Shown: piece by piece, positions 36,233 to 47,700 of the stretch
Layout: each line of letters opens with the position of its first letter
Position numbering within the stretch: the first letter of the stretch is position 1
Source: Entomortierella parvispora E1425
Lineage: Eukaryota; Fungi; Mortierellomycota
DNA length: 64,000 nucleotides
Assembly (NCBI GenBank): GCA_020891255.1
Contig: BQFW01000003.1
Span: forward strand, 558,001 to 622,000
Reading direction: 5' to 3'
The notes under the pieces: model-generated
Seen by the model: only the letters and a program-made list of their open reading frames with translations
Told to the model about the DNA's origin: nothing
The model's database searches: none
Program-made: the position numbers and the translations under genes

Positions 36233-36509
36233 TGTCAGTGCCGCAGGGTGCACAAAAGCTTGTTGTGGTTGTTGCTGTAAGTGCTCCAGCTTGTTTTTGG
36301 TTGAGTCGTATGATGGAAGATAGACGCTGCCCGCGGCCAATTTCCCAACTGCAACGCAGAAAAGATGGTACTGACAAGAGTAACGAGGCCTATGAGCGTT
36401 GCGGATGTGCCTGGTTGAGCTGTCAGTCAAGGGCAGTCAAGGGCCACTATCAGAGTCTAAGGTTGCTCGGCGACAAGAGAGAAAAAGAAAGAAGCTCTAT
36501 CCCGAAAGG

Positions 36510-36790
36510 CGAGTGAGGGTGGAGGGTGGATGGAGGATGGAGGATGGAGGATGGAGGGGAAGCGGAGATGGCTGAGAGAGAGAGGGAGAGAGGGAGAGAG
36601 GAAGGAAGGGAAGAGAAGGATGCGCGAAAATAATGAACGGCACCAAGGACAGGACCAGGGGAGAGGTGGTAGCCGGGGAGGGGGACAGACGAGAAGCAGA
36701 CGAGAAGCAGACGAGAAGACCTGGGAGAAGGAGGAAGAGAAGGGAGAGGGGAGAGGGGAGAAGGGAGAAGGAGAGAAGAGGAGAGAAACT
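36510..36790. repeat. GA-rich tract with (GGAGGAT)n and (ACGAGAAGCAG)x3 short tandem repeats
   Basis: Visible 7-mer repeats at about 36529-36556 and 11-mer repeats at about 36690-36720. Confidence 0.7.
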
Positions 36791-37944
36791 CTTCTTTCCC
36801 GCCTTTCGTCCCTTTTCGTCCCTGCAGGAACCGTTATGTTGCCGTTCCTGTTCCTGTTGCGTGCCTGGGCTGGGGTGCGCGCGTGTTCTGTTCTTTCCTG
36901 TGTGTTCTTTCTTGTGTGTGTGGCACCTGGGCGACGTGGTGATCTCGACTCATTCTCTCTTTGCTTGCCTTCTTTCCCGCTCATCGCATGTCTTGTCTGC
37001 GTCTTGTTCATCCATGAATGGCGTCTTTGTCTTCCATCAAGTCCTTCATTCTCACGCCACGGTCAATGGTGCTCGCACCCCTTGGCGTATCTCTCCCCTG
37101 ACCAACGTCGTTGCGGACAGACTCCACTTGCCGAGCACCTACCCATCCTCCTTTTTGCCTGTCATGACAGGCTTGTCCTTGCACGGCTCTCATGCGTTCA
37201 TGATGGACAATAAAACCCTGTCTGAATGTCAATTATTGCCCGAACTCTTTCTCTTTTTCCCTTTGCCGGTCTTTGAGTGTGGTTCTCACCGCCCTCCTCT
37301 CAAGGTGTCCAGGAGGCCAATTGAGGGGACCAAAATCATATCTGCCTGGGTGAGAGCCCTACTTTGCTGTCTGAACCCCCTCCCTTCCCTTCCCTTCCCC
37401 ATTCCTTCAACGCAATCGTCTCTTTTCTTCGCTCTTGTAGTGCCCTCGGGCACGCCTGTCGGAAGAGCAATTTTTGGAGGCAAACTGAGAGTTGCCATGC
37501 TAAACAAATTGGCAATAAAGTTGTTCCAATGGAGGGAGAGCCAGGCCAACGGACCCCTCACCCCTCACCCCCTTGCATATTTGCATCCTTGCATCCGCAT
37601 GGGCATGTTTGACGGGAACACACAACGCCAGACCTCGCACAAGAAAGAAAAAAAAAAAAAAAAAAAAAAGAGAGAGAGGAGAGGGAAGCTCAGGCCGCAG
37701 TCAATCACAGCGCACGAGTCGCGCGCAGTTTTCTTTGGGGGCTGTTGGCCACAAAGAGGACTGACGATCAACCACATTCGAGCACAAAACGGTCTGACCA
37801 TCCGATACCCCTGAGATTTGGCGTCAAGCAATGGAACAACTAGTTAAAGAAGCAACTTTATGATACAAACACAAAGGGTATGAGGGAATAAAGAGCAGAG
37901 GTGTTCGAGAACGAGCCAAAAAGGCGCCGTCTTGAAAGACCTTT

Positions 37945-38814
37945 CTAGACACGTAACGCCATGAACGTGTTACGGACACCGTTCTTTTCTTTGAGTAACC
38001 GCACCGTTGCCTCAAGACGGGTCACTTCCTCTGCAAAGCGGGTCCGTTGCTGCTCCTGCAGCTCAAGGCAGGCACTCTCCATCTTTTGTATCCTCCGAAG
38101 CTCGGACTCGAGTTCAGACTGACGCTCCGTCAGTGTTTGGGTCCTGGACTGTGTCTCCACACGTGCATTTTCCTTTTCGACGATCTTGGCCTGTATCCGC
38201 TCCATGGCATGTTCAAGAGTTCTCTGATCGCTCTCAAGTCGAGCTTGTTCCTCCGACTCATTAAACAGGTTAGCCTTGAGGGATGAGAGAGCTACTCGAG
38301 AATCTGAGCTCAATTGAACGGATACATTAGATCCTTGCTGAGCTGACCGCAATGGCCGGGTATAGTTTACAGTTGGCAGAGACGTGGGTTTAGATGTAGC
38401 CGTGGATGGAGGAGGAAGTGGCAGGAGTTGCTGTCGATTGGCCGTCCTTGTTAGATCGAGAGCTTTGTTTAAAATTCGCTGTGTATCCTTGTCGTGATAT
38501 TTTGGGCGGGTAACCCTCTCCTCGAGCCATTGAGACTCTCTCCGGAACCTAGTTAGGTCAGCTTTTGAGGCCTTCATCTCTGAGAGCAGGGCTATGTCTG
38601 CCCCTTGGGCCGAGTGCCAGCTCGAAGGCAAGCGAGCATATGGGTGATGATTCAGTTGATGATTGCGATATGGGCGGGAGTCTGACAATGATTGACGGGG
38701 CGATGTAGGAGAGGATGGAGGATGCGAGGCAGGAAAGGGCGCGGTAGGCTGGGGCGTAGGTTCAGACGAAGCCGGGTCGCGGGGAGTGGTTGGATGGTCG
38801 AGGTCGAGGTCCAT
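37945..38814 (-). CDS. Uncharacterised protein with Pro/Ser-rich N-terminus and C-terminal coiled coil (possibly with an upstream exon)
   Basis: 289-aa ORF with heptad-like ESEEQARLESDQRTLEHAMERIQAKIVEKE...RLEATVRLLKEKN. The ATG is immediately preceded by an acceptor-like TTTAAC..TCCAG. Confidence 0.65.
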   Translation of the reverse strand: MDLDLDHPTTPRDPASSEPTPQPTAPFPASHPPSSPTSPRQSLSDSRPYRNHQLNHHPYARLPSSWHSAQGADIALLSEMKASKADLTRFRRESQWLEERVTRPKYHDKDTQRILNKALDLTRTANRQQLLPLPPPSTATSKPTSLPTVNYTRPLRSAQQGSNVSVQLSSDSRVALSSLKANLFNESEEQARLESDQRTLEHAMERIQAKIVEKENARVETQSRTQTLTERQSELESELRRIQKMESACLELQEQQRTRFAEEVTRLEATVRLLKEKNGVRNTFMALRV

Positions 38815-40889
38815 CTGGACAGACGGTTAAACTGGGCTACCGGAGATGGGAATGACAATGTAAAAGCAGCAAACGACTGGTTTGACAGTGTTGTGTGTGC
38901 CGGATTAGGTGACTTGGCCACAGGATTTAAGAGAGTGATGGATCGTGCAATTGACCAGGCGGATGGGACGACGGTGATGGGATGCATGCAAGCCGTAGCC
39001 TGCGCTGCACCGTAGGCTTCGCGTCTGTTGAAAGCCCTGCGCCACCGCGTCTTCGGTGACGCATTTCTTGCGCGAATTGTGCAGTCTCACCACATATCCC
39101 AAATAGAGCTCATAATCCCACGCGTTCGATGGTGCATCCCAAAACATCTCCCTGGTGTAAGCTGGCCAGCTGATGCAGCGCCATACGTCAAACCATCCAA
39201 GCATTCAACGGCAAAGATGTTCAGGCTCTTGAAGATTGATAACTATAAAGAAGAGTTGTCTAAAGCTTGGCGCAAGGAACTCAAGCGTGGAGTCAAACCG
39301 TCCCAGACTGTTGTCCACATCTACGCCTATCTGAACCACCCGGACACATGACACTGCGGCGCTCCAGCGAGATGAGCACACAATGGAGGCTAGTCAAGTT
39401 GAAGCTCAAGGACAGGGGCCTGTGGTACATGGCACAAAGAGACAGGCGCAAGAGACTTCTGGCGGGCCAGAATTCAAGAAGACTGGAATAACGGTTCAAG
39501 GCGCTATCCTTCCACTTGAAGTGGACATAGAAAGTGTAAGGGAAGCCCTCAACCATCCCTAAGCTAAGAACGACTTACACGTATTGTTCGAAAATAGCCA
39601 TTCACAACGAGCACTCAATAAACGACTTGCCAGTATCTCTTTACGCGAGATATCGAAATGCAGGTCCGGACGCGTTGTGCATATTATGTAGGTTTTCCAA
39701 TTAAACAGGTTCCAGTGAACGTCACCGGAGGGAGCAGCGGGTATCTCCTACAGCAGGCAGACCGACCGACCGACAGACAGACAGACAGACAGACCAGGCG
39801 AAGCAAGACCCACTTTGGAGGGAAAAAAAAAACGAAAGGTCTTGCCTGCTCTGTTCTGCCTGCACTGCTCTGCCTGCCTGCTCTGTCTGCCTGCTCTTGC
39901 CGTCGGAACAACTCGCTCTCTTCTCTCTTTGCTCCCTTCTCTTTTGCCATCACTCTACATCGTCGTCTTCATTCACACCACTCTTCTTTACTGGATCTAC
40001 CTTCCCTGTCGTCTTCATTTCCTCCATCCTTCTTCCTCATTCGTCTGCTGCTCCTTCTCTTTGGTTCGCTCTAGGTAACTCTTTTATTTTACTGTCCCGC
40101 CTTCATTTTTTTTTTTTTGTGCCAAGTTTGTGCCAAGTTTGTGCCACAACTGAGGCGGGCAAGCAAGCACTTCGCATTATTATCATTGCATTACACACAT
40201 AGCCTGCCTGGATCTGATAGCAAGCTCCACCTGGTCACCACCCTCTCTCTTTTCTCGTATGCCCTTTTTGTCCTTTTCATGATTGCTTTGCCCTTGTCCT
40301 GTCTTCCTGTCTGTGTCTTCCTGTTTGTCTACGCTGGATTGAGGTTGAGCTGGGCCACTGGGAAAAAGCAACTAGACAAGCCAACAAGAGGGGGGAGGGG
40401 ACAGGGCCGAGGAGTGTGTCATGTCATGTGTCTTGCATTGCTGGTGCCGCACAGCAAGCAAGCAAGCAAGCAAGCGTCCCTCACTCCCCACCTCAATCTT
40501 GCGCACCCTCTCCTTGCTGCTACCACTCTCAGGCTGCACTCCTTCTCCTGCTGCTACTCTTTCCTTCTCTTCCTCTGTCTTCCTCTCTCTCTCTCTCTCT
40601 CTCCCTCTCTCTTCCTCTCTCTTTCTCTATCTATTCATCTCTCTTCGCTCTCTTCTCGCTCTCTATTTGACTAGAGCTCTGCTCTAATCCAAAACCCTTT
40701 GCTAACGGCGCTCTTCTCTTTTCTTACTCTTTAACTGACGCACAGTCAGACTCTCACTCCTTCTCTCGCGCCATCTTCTCCTGTTGACTCGTCCACTGAC
40801 TCGCCTACCAACTTCTCAACACCGTCCAACACAGACACATTTGCTCCCTCTCCTCAAGGCCCGAGAGAGAACAATATAACACGCACATC

Positions 40890-42138
40890 ATGGCCCCCCT
40901 CATGGATATCAAACCGGACCATTACTACGACAATGTCCCCGGCGGCATCCCTGTCTTTCGCCCCACCATGGAGCAGTTCAAGGACTTCTCCACTTTCTGT
41001 GAATCCATCGTCAGCTATGGTCGAGAAGCAGGACTTGTCAAGATTATCCCTCCCAAGGAGTGGTGAGTTTTTCTCTCTCTCTGTCGCTCTCTTTTCATTT
41101 ATTTTGTTGTCTTTTTTTTCCTCTTTCTCTTTTTCTTTAGCCAGAGCTCAGTGTCTGCAAACCCCGCGGGATATACTGCTTTAATTGCCTTTTCTAACAC
41201 ACCTCGCCTCCTCTAGGACTGCGGCATTGCCTGACCTCTCTGAACGACTAGCTTCTGTCAAGATCAAAACGCCCATTATTCAACATATCAGAGGAACCAA
41301 AGGCACCTATTACCAGACCAATATCGAATCTCGAAAGTCTTACACAGTGGCTGAATTTAAGGCGCTCTCAGAGGATTCTATGCATCGACCTCCCAGCAGG
41401 AAGGGCGTCCCGCATGGACCAGCAGAACCCTTGCCCAAGAGGAAACGGAATCGCAAGCCTGTTGCTTCCCTTCAGACCACCACCATCGCCACAGATGCAG
41501 TGCCCATGGACACGGACTCACTTCCCACGACCCCAACAAGGACGCATCATTCTGAAGCAGACTCGTCAGACCCCTTTTCGACCCTTGCAGCAGCCGCAGC
41601 GGGAAGAGGTTCGCCCGATGCACTTGTTCCTTCCAGCACTACTGTCTCTGCGAACCACAGTCCGGATCAACCTTCACTAGCGACCCTTGGAGGACCCTCT
41701 CGCAGACTTTCCCTTCGACGACCCACAAGTCCTTCCCCTCCATCAAGACGACCAATGACCTCACTGGATTCTCTTGTCCCAGATACCAAAATGGATATTG
41801 TCGCTGCAACACCTACGACCGGATCACCTACTGTTGCCGCAGGAAGCAAACCTACTGACACAAACACTAGCCAGGAGAACCATGGAAAGACATCAGCATC
41901 AAAGGCTACGGAATCGCAGGAAACGGAGGTGCAACCTGTGACAAACTACAAGGTGGAGCACGGCGAGGATTTCACGGTCGACTATTGCAAAGAGGTGGAG
42001 CGAAACTATTGGAGAAACTTGACTTTTGTTCAGCCTATGTATGGAGCCGACATGTCAGGTAAGCAAGCAGGAGGAAACCTATTCGTATTATGTCAGACCG
42101 TCCAGGGCGCCAGGAGACATGGAAATTAGCATGGATGC

Positions 42139-42172
<34 letters not shown>

Positions 42173-44084
42173 GTTTTCACATGAATTTATTTTGGCTCAA
42201 TTCATTTTGCGATGGTCTGGATAACAGGATAGCAAGACAGAGGACGAAGAGCAAAGAGCAATCGGGGACGATCGATACATCGATATTGATACAGTATACT
42301 TTTTTTTTTGGCTTTGATATTTCGATAGGCTCTCTTTTTGACGAAAGAACAACATCATGGAACACAGCACACTTGGGCGACTTGCTTTCAAAGATTGATC
42401 AGAACTTGCCAGGCGTCAACACACCCTATCTCTATTTCGGAATGTGGAAGGCGACGTTTGCATGGCATGTGGAAGACATGGATCTGTACTCGATCAACTA
42501 TCTGCATTTTGGAGCTCCCAAGCAGTGGTACTGCATTCGACCAGAGAACAGCACTCGTTTTGAATGTATTGCTCAGGGTATTTTCTCGACCGACTACAAG
42601 ACCTGTCCTCAGTTCTTGCGCCACAAGACCTATTTGCTCTCACCAGCAAAATTGGCGACGGATGGCGTGCCCGTGAACAGACTGGTTCAACATGAGGGAG
42701 AGTTCGTTCTCACCTTCCCTTTTGCCTATCACTCTGGATACAACTTGGGATTCAATTGCGCAGAGTCTATTAATTTCGCCCTCAAAGACTGGATCCCCAT
42801 CGGTCGCAAAGCGGAATCGTGCCAGTGTATCCATGACAGTGTTCAGATCGATGTCGAGGCTATCTTTGAAGAGGCGGCGGCAGCGGCAGCAGCCGAAGCT
42901 GCGGAATCTAGACCTAAAGGAGGCAGGCACCAAAAGAAATCCGCTGATGTGGAGATGAAGGAAGAACCTATAGATTCAAACTCTTCAATATCAACGGCAG
43001 CAACAGGGACAAAAAAGCGAAGAAGAGGTGGAAAGGCTCAGGATACGGAAAGTATCAAATCAGAGGAGGCCGAAGAAGACAAGGATGAGGGCGCGGTCGA
43101 TACCAAATCTTCAACATCAAACCGCAGTCGGAGCAAGAAGGCCAAGGTCGTTGCAGTCGTCAAACATGATGTAAGAAGGCAGAAAATCTCTCTTGGATCG
43201 AGAAACTAAGAACATCTCATAGCGGAAGATATTTTTTTGGATGAGAAAACCAGGATTCCTAATCATGTTTTTTTCCCCTTTTTTTAGTGTATTTTGTGCC
43301 CCAATCAGGACTTTAAGGGCGAGATGCTCCCAACAGATAATGGAAAGCACTGTCATATGATTTGTGCACAGTACATACCAGAGACCTATATGTCAGGAGA
43401 GGACGATTCAGAGGTGGTTGTTCATGTCGATGGTGTTCCCAACGCACGACGCAAACTGGTAAGAGACCTTCGAGGAGGGAAGAAAACCACGGTTTTGTTG
43501 CTATAATTGAATGGGAAACACCTCTAACTTTGCCCTCTTTTTCATGCCTTACTTCATAGCGGTGCTTTGTATGTGAAAAGAAGGGAGGGGCTTGCGTTCA
43601 ATGCTGCAAGGGCAAATGTATTCGGGCTGTTCACGCCAGTTGTGCGGATGACGCTGGATTGCACGTGGAAGAAATTACTCAGAGCGAGACTGGCAGTGTC
43701 GAATACCAAGTATATTGCCCCACACACGATCCCGTAAGTCTTGAAGTTGGGAAGCGGAACAAATTCAACAACAAATAGACATGTCAATTCTAACCAAAAC
43801 AATCACTCTTGTCTTCTTTGCAGGTCCAATTGGAGGCAAAAGAGGCAGAGTACAAGGCATGGAAGGATATGATGCACAAGAAGCTCAAGCCAGGCGTCAG
43901 GATCTGGGCCCGCTGGAACAACAATATTTATTACACAGGAGAGGTAGAGACCATTGCAGAGGACAGGATGACTTGCAGAATCCAGTTCGAGGATGGATAC
44001 ACCAAAACGGTCTTGTGGAAGGATATCTCTCTGGACAAGAAACAGCCTGAGACTGGCAGTCGGACAGCGGGGTATCGCACCTAA
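40890..44084 (+). CDS. JmjN-JmjC histone demethylase, KDM4/Rph1 family, with extended PHD and Tudor domains, 6 exons
   Basis: JmjN GIPVFRPTMEQFKDF..GLVKIIPPKEW. JmjC GVNTPYLYFGMWKATFAWHVEDMDLYSINYLHFGAPKQWY...FLRHK...AYHSGYNLGFNCAESINF with Fe ligands H-x-E...H. ePHD CILCP..HMICA..CFVC..ACVQC..C..AVHASCA..YCPTH. Tudor IWARWNNNIYYTGEV..IQFEDG. Confidence 0.93.
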
Positions 44085-44789
44085 CGAGAATCTCCTGGGT
44101 TGACCTCTCAGTGATGAATGGAACCAAAAAGACAGTGACAGGAAGACGAACGTTTCCTCCCTCTCTTTACGTTTTCGATCATTTTTGGTCTTCCGTCCGT
44201 TCGTTGATTGTCATTTCTTTTCCATTCATTTTTTTTTTCTCTTTCTCTTTATTGTTGACGCTACTTCGCTACTTCTGCTTTTTTTTTTTGTTTTCTTCTC
44301 TTGTAATTTGTGTTGTATCCGCTCTTTCATGTGCTCTCCATGCCCTTTATCTGTATAAAAAAAATTTGGTTTCCTTCTCGACCTTCCTCTCTTTTTTTTT
44401 CTATTTTTTTTTCCTTCCTTTCCCTCCACTTTTTTCTCGGTTCGCAAATGACAACCTTCGTCGTTAGGAAGTATAGATCGTCTTCTTTTTTGCTGCTCTT
44501 TGTACCTGTTCTGTTCTTTTCTGCGATGGTTTAGCTAGTCGGCTTGTATTATGATTATTTACGTTGTGCAATAAAATATGAAATCAACCAAAGTGATGTC
44601 TGCCTGGTCATCATGAATGGGGTTTAGAAAGGATTTATTGCTATTAGCTGATGCTGAAAGATGATGCAGAAATGTTGTAAACGTAGATGGAAAATGTGAG
44701 ATCCTATGAATATTAAGAAAACAAAAAAACAAAAAAACATGTGCAGATGATGCGAGTATTATGGATCAGGAAACAGGACAGGAGGAAGC

Positions 44790-47700
44790 TCAAGGTGTCG
44801 GCCCAACATAGTTGGAAGGGAACACGCCATGCATTTGTTGCCCGCTCGCGTCTTGGATCACGCCCATCCACCAGATATCGTCGCTCATGTCCACCACCAA
44901 GATCCTCTCGCCCGTCTTGAAGCCCAGCTCACCAATCTCTCGAGCTCGGAACGGATATTTGGCGTAATAGATCATTCCAGCTCCACTATTTCGTCCACCT
45001 GTGGTCGCGACCGCGCTTTCACTGCTGTTGCTCTGGGATCCTTCGTGAGCTGTAGAAGCGGTAGGGGCAAAAAGAGATGTGCCAAGGATGGCTCCAACAC
45101 CAACAACTCCACCGGGTGTCGTCATGGTAGTCGCTGGCGACGTAGGCGCGTTCGAGATGGGTGTTGAAGGAGCTTGGGCATTGGCAGCCGCCAAGAGACT
45201 GGCAATTCGACCTTGGTGCATCGGGTTTAACAAAAGGTCGCTGTTGGTCGAGTCACGATCTTGACTCGCTGCAAGTATTGAGGAAGAAAGACAAGGTGAG
45301 CAACCATATCCAATCATACCGACACCCATACCCAACTTCTTATTTTCTTACACTGAGGCATGGAGTGGCGCGACTTTTTACTCCTGCGATCTGGAGAAGG
45401 GGGCGCATCGGGATCCTGAAGTTGCTGTAGCCCGTCTATCGATTCTCTGCTCCGGTTCAACTGTTTGGTCGAGCTATTGCCGCTGCCACTGCCATTGCCA
45501 TTGCTTCCACTGCCGCCGGCGAGCTGTTGCTGATGGTTCTTCACAAACTCGGTCACCAAGGCACCAGTGGCTTGCTCAATAGTCGAGTTAGGTCTAAAGA
45601 CCATTGAACCTGTCCCTTGTGCGTTCGTGCCGCCACCGAGCGACGTGGATGAGTGGTTGTTCCTTCTGCGTCCTAGAGTCCCGCCTCTCAGGCCCACTGG
45701 AGAACCCTCCAGAGAATTGTCATTGTGCTGTGCCATACCCGTCTGACTTCTATAACGCCTTGCAGACTCGAGTGCACTGGTGATTCCTAAGGAATCCATC
45801 AAAGCCGAGGAACTGTCTGGATTCTCAAACTTGGATTTGGAAGGGCGACCAAATGTTAGCAAGGAGCCCAAAGATCCCTTCCTCTTCTTCTCTGATTCTT
45901 CTGTCGTTCCTCCACTACTGTAAGCTCCAGCGACCATGGCTGCGCCTTGGCTGTGACCCAGGGATGTTTGCGAACCATAATCCATCGGACCACCCCGGCC
46001 TGCTCGCTGCAGGTACCCATCGTATCCATCCTCCATAAATGAAGATCCCAGTCGGGGTCGCGAGGCTGAATACTTGTCTTGCCCGAACCGGCGTTTGAGC
46101 CAGACGTAAAGGAATCCAAAGAGGACAATGGACAAGATGAGGCCGAGTGATATCGCTACCGAAATCAGAACCACGTATGGGAAAGCAAGATAATCGCGCG
46201 CAATGATACGTGGCAAATGAGCGATCGCTAAAGCCCGGAACACTCCCTGGTCGCGTACTCGACTAGGCAAGCTTAGTAAAGAAACCGGCAACAACGGCGT
46301 GGAAGATGCTGGGGCTGATCCTGCAGTCGATCCTGGAAGTTGGCGTTTGTGGTGGGCAGCGGCCGCTGCGGGCGAAGGAAGGGTGACAGGATCGATGTGA
46401 GTCGACACTAGCGTACCGGGACCGACCAGAGGCTGTCCTGTGGAGGAAGTGGCGTTCCGGGAACTCTGTATAAAAGGATACCAATTCAGCCCATCAAAGA
46501 AGGCCAGACCGGACTCTTGATGACCATTGTTCAGGTTCATAAAGAGGGAAGATGAGGCCGGATTACCAAGCACGATCCGACCTGATACCAACAGAATGAA
46601 TCCTTGTTCTAGGATGCGGGTAGTGTCAAAGGGATCGATGCCTGAGGAGGAGATGGAGGCGACCCTGCCAGCACCAGGCGCGTTACTGTTGAGGTTGTTG
46701 CTGTCTGCGTTGGGGTTGGATGGAGATGATGTCTCCGTTGAGAGTTCATTATCGATTTCATCAAAGTAGTTATCGTATGGGCTTTCTCCACTGGAGGCGA
46801 TCACAGCAGCTGATGAACGGCGTTTGATTACAGAGGTAGTAACGACTTGAGCAGAACGTAGCGGTGCATGCTTGTTCGCGGGCAAAATTTCCAATCTATG
46901 AACGTCACTCGTGGGCAAGAACTCGGGAGCTAGCACGATAGATATACAGAAACAAAACGTCAGTCAGGAACATCTCCACGCTACATAGTGATTCAACTCG
47001 ACAACAGACTTACAAATACGAATGAAGCGGTTCCCATTCCATTTTTTGAAGTAGGCAGATCCGTCAATTGAGCTCCTATTGATTCCACAGAAATCCGTCA
47101 AGGGCAACAGACATGTCAGCACTCGTTTGTTCTTGACCCAGTTTCTCAATTCGAAAGTAGAAAAGTATTATAACTCTTACCTTCCAGCGACAAAGAACCG
47201 GTGAAAGGTCGTATCGTGCGCAATTGCCGTGACGGGGCCGGACAGAGTATCGGGTCCTGGAGGGTGGGAGTTGCCGTCTGTGGCGTTATTCTGGAAGATT
47301 GACCCAAAGGTGGTCCACTTGGATTGGTCAAAGTTGTAACTAGCCACTCCACACGCAACTCCATCCACGATCAAGTCGCCTGCTATAAACATGTTCTTGT
47401 CCTATGCAAGAAGTTGAAAATGAAAAATTAGCCCCAACACCGTCAGTCGCTTGACTACCCATCAATAGACTCAACTTACGTCTTCAAAGGCAATATCGTG
47501 AACTACGCCCTTCAGCAGCCCCATCTTCTTCTTACTGCCACTATCGCCGTAAACAGACTTGAAGCTTGACTCGATCGATTTTTTCTTGTCCAAAGCCTGT
47601 CGCGCTGCAGCCGGATCCCAAAGGCAGATCAGTTCACAAACCACATCTGTCCCCACACCCGAGAAATCGCCTGCAAGAACCAGCTCGCCCTTGCCACTGC

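Noticed and set aside
35242-36516. Long poly-Ala/Val/Leu ORFs on the + strand
   Set aside because: These are antisense shadows of the CAG/CAA repeats in the polyQ gene.
36457-37814. Long ORFs of 184-393 aa on both strands
   Set aside because: They arise from stop-poor GA/CT low-complexity promoter or UTR sequence and have no domain-like content.
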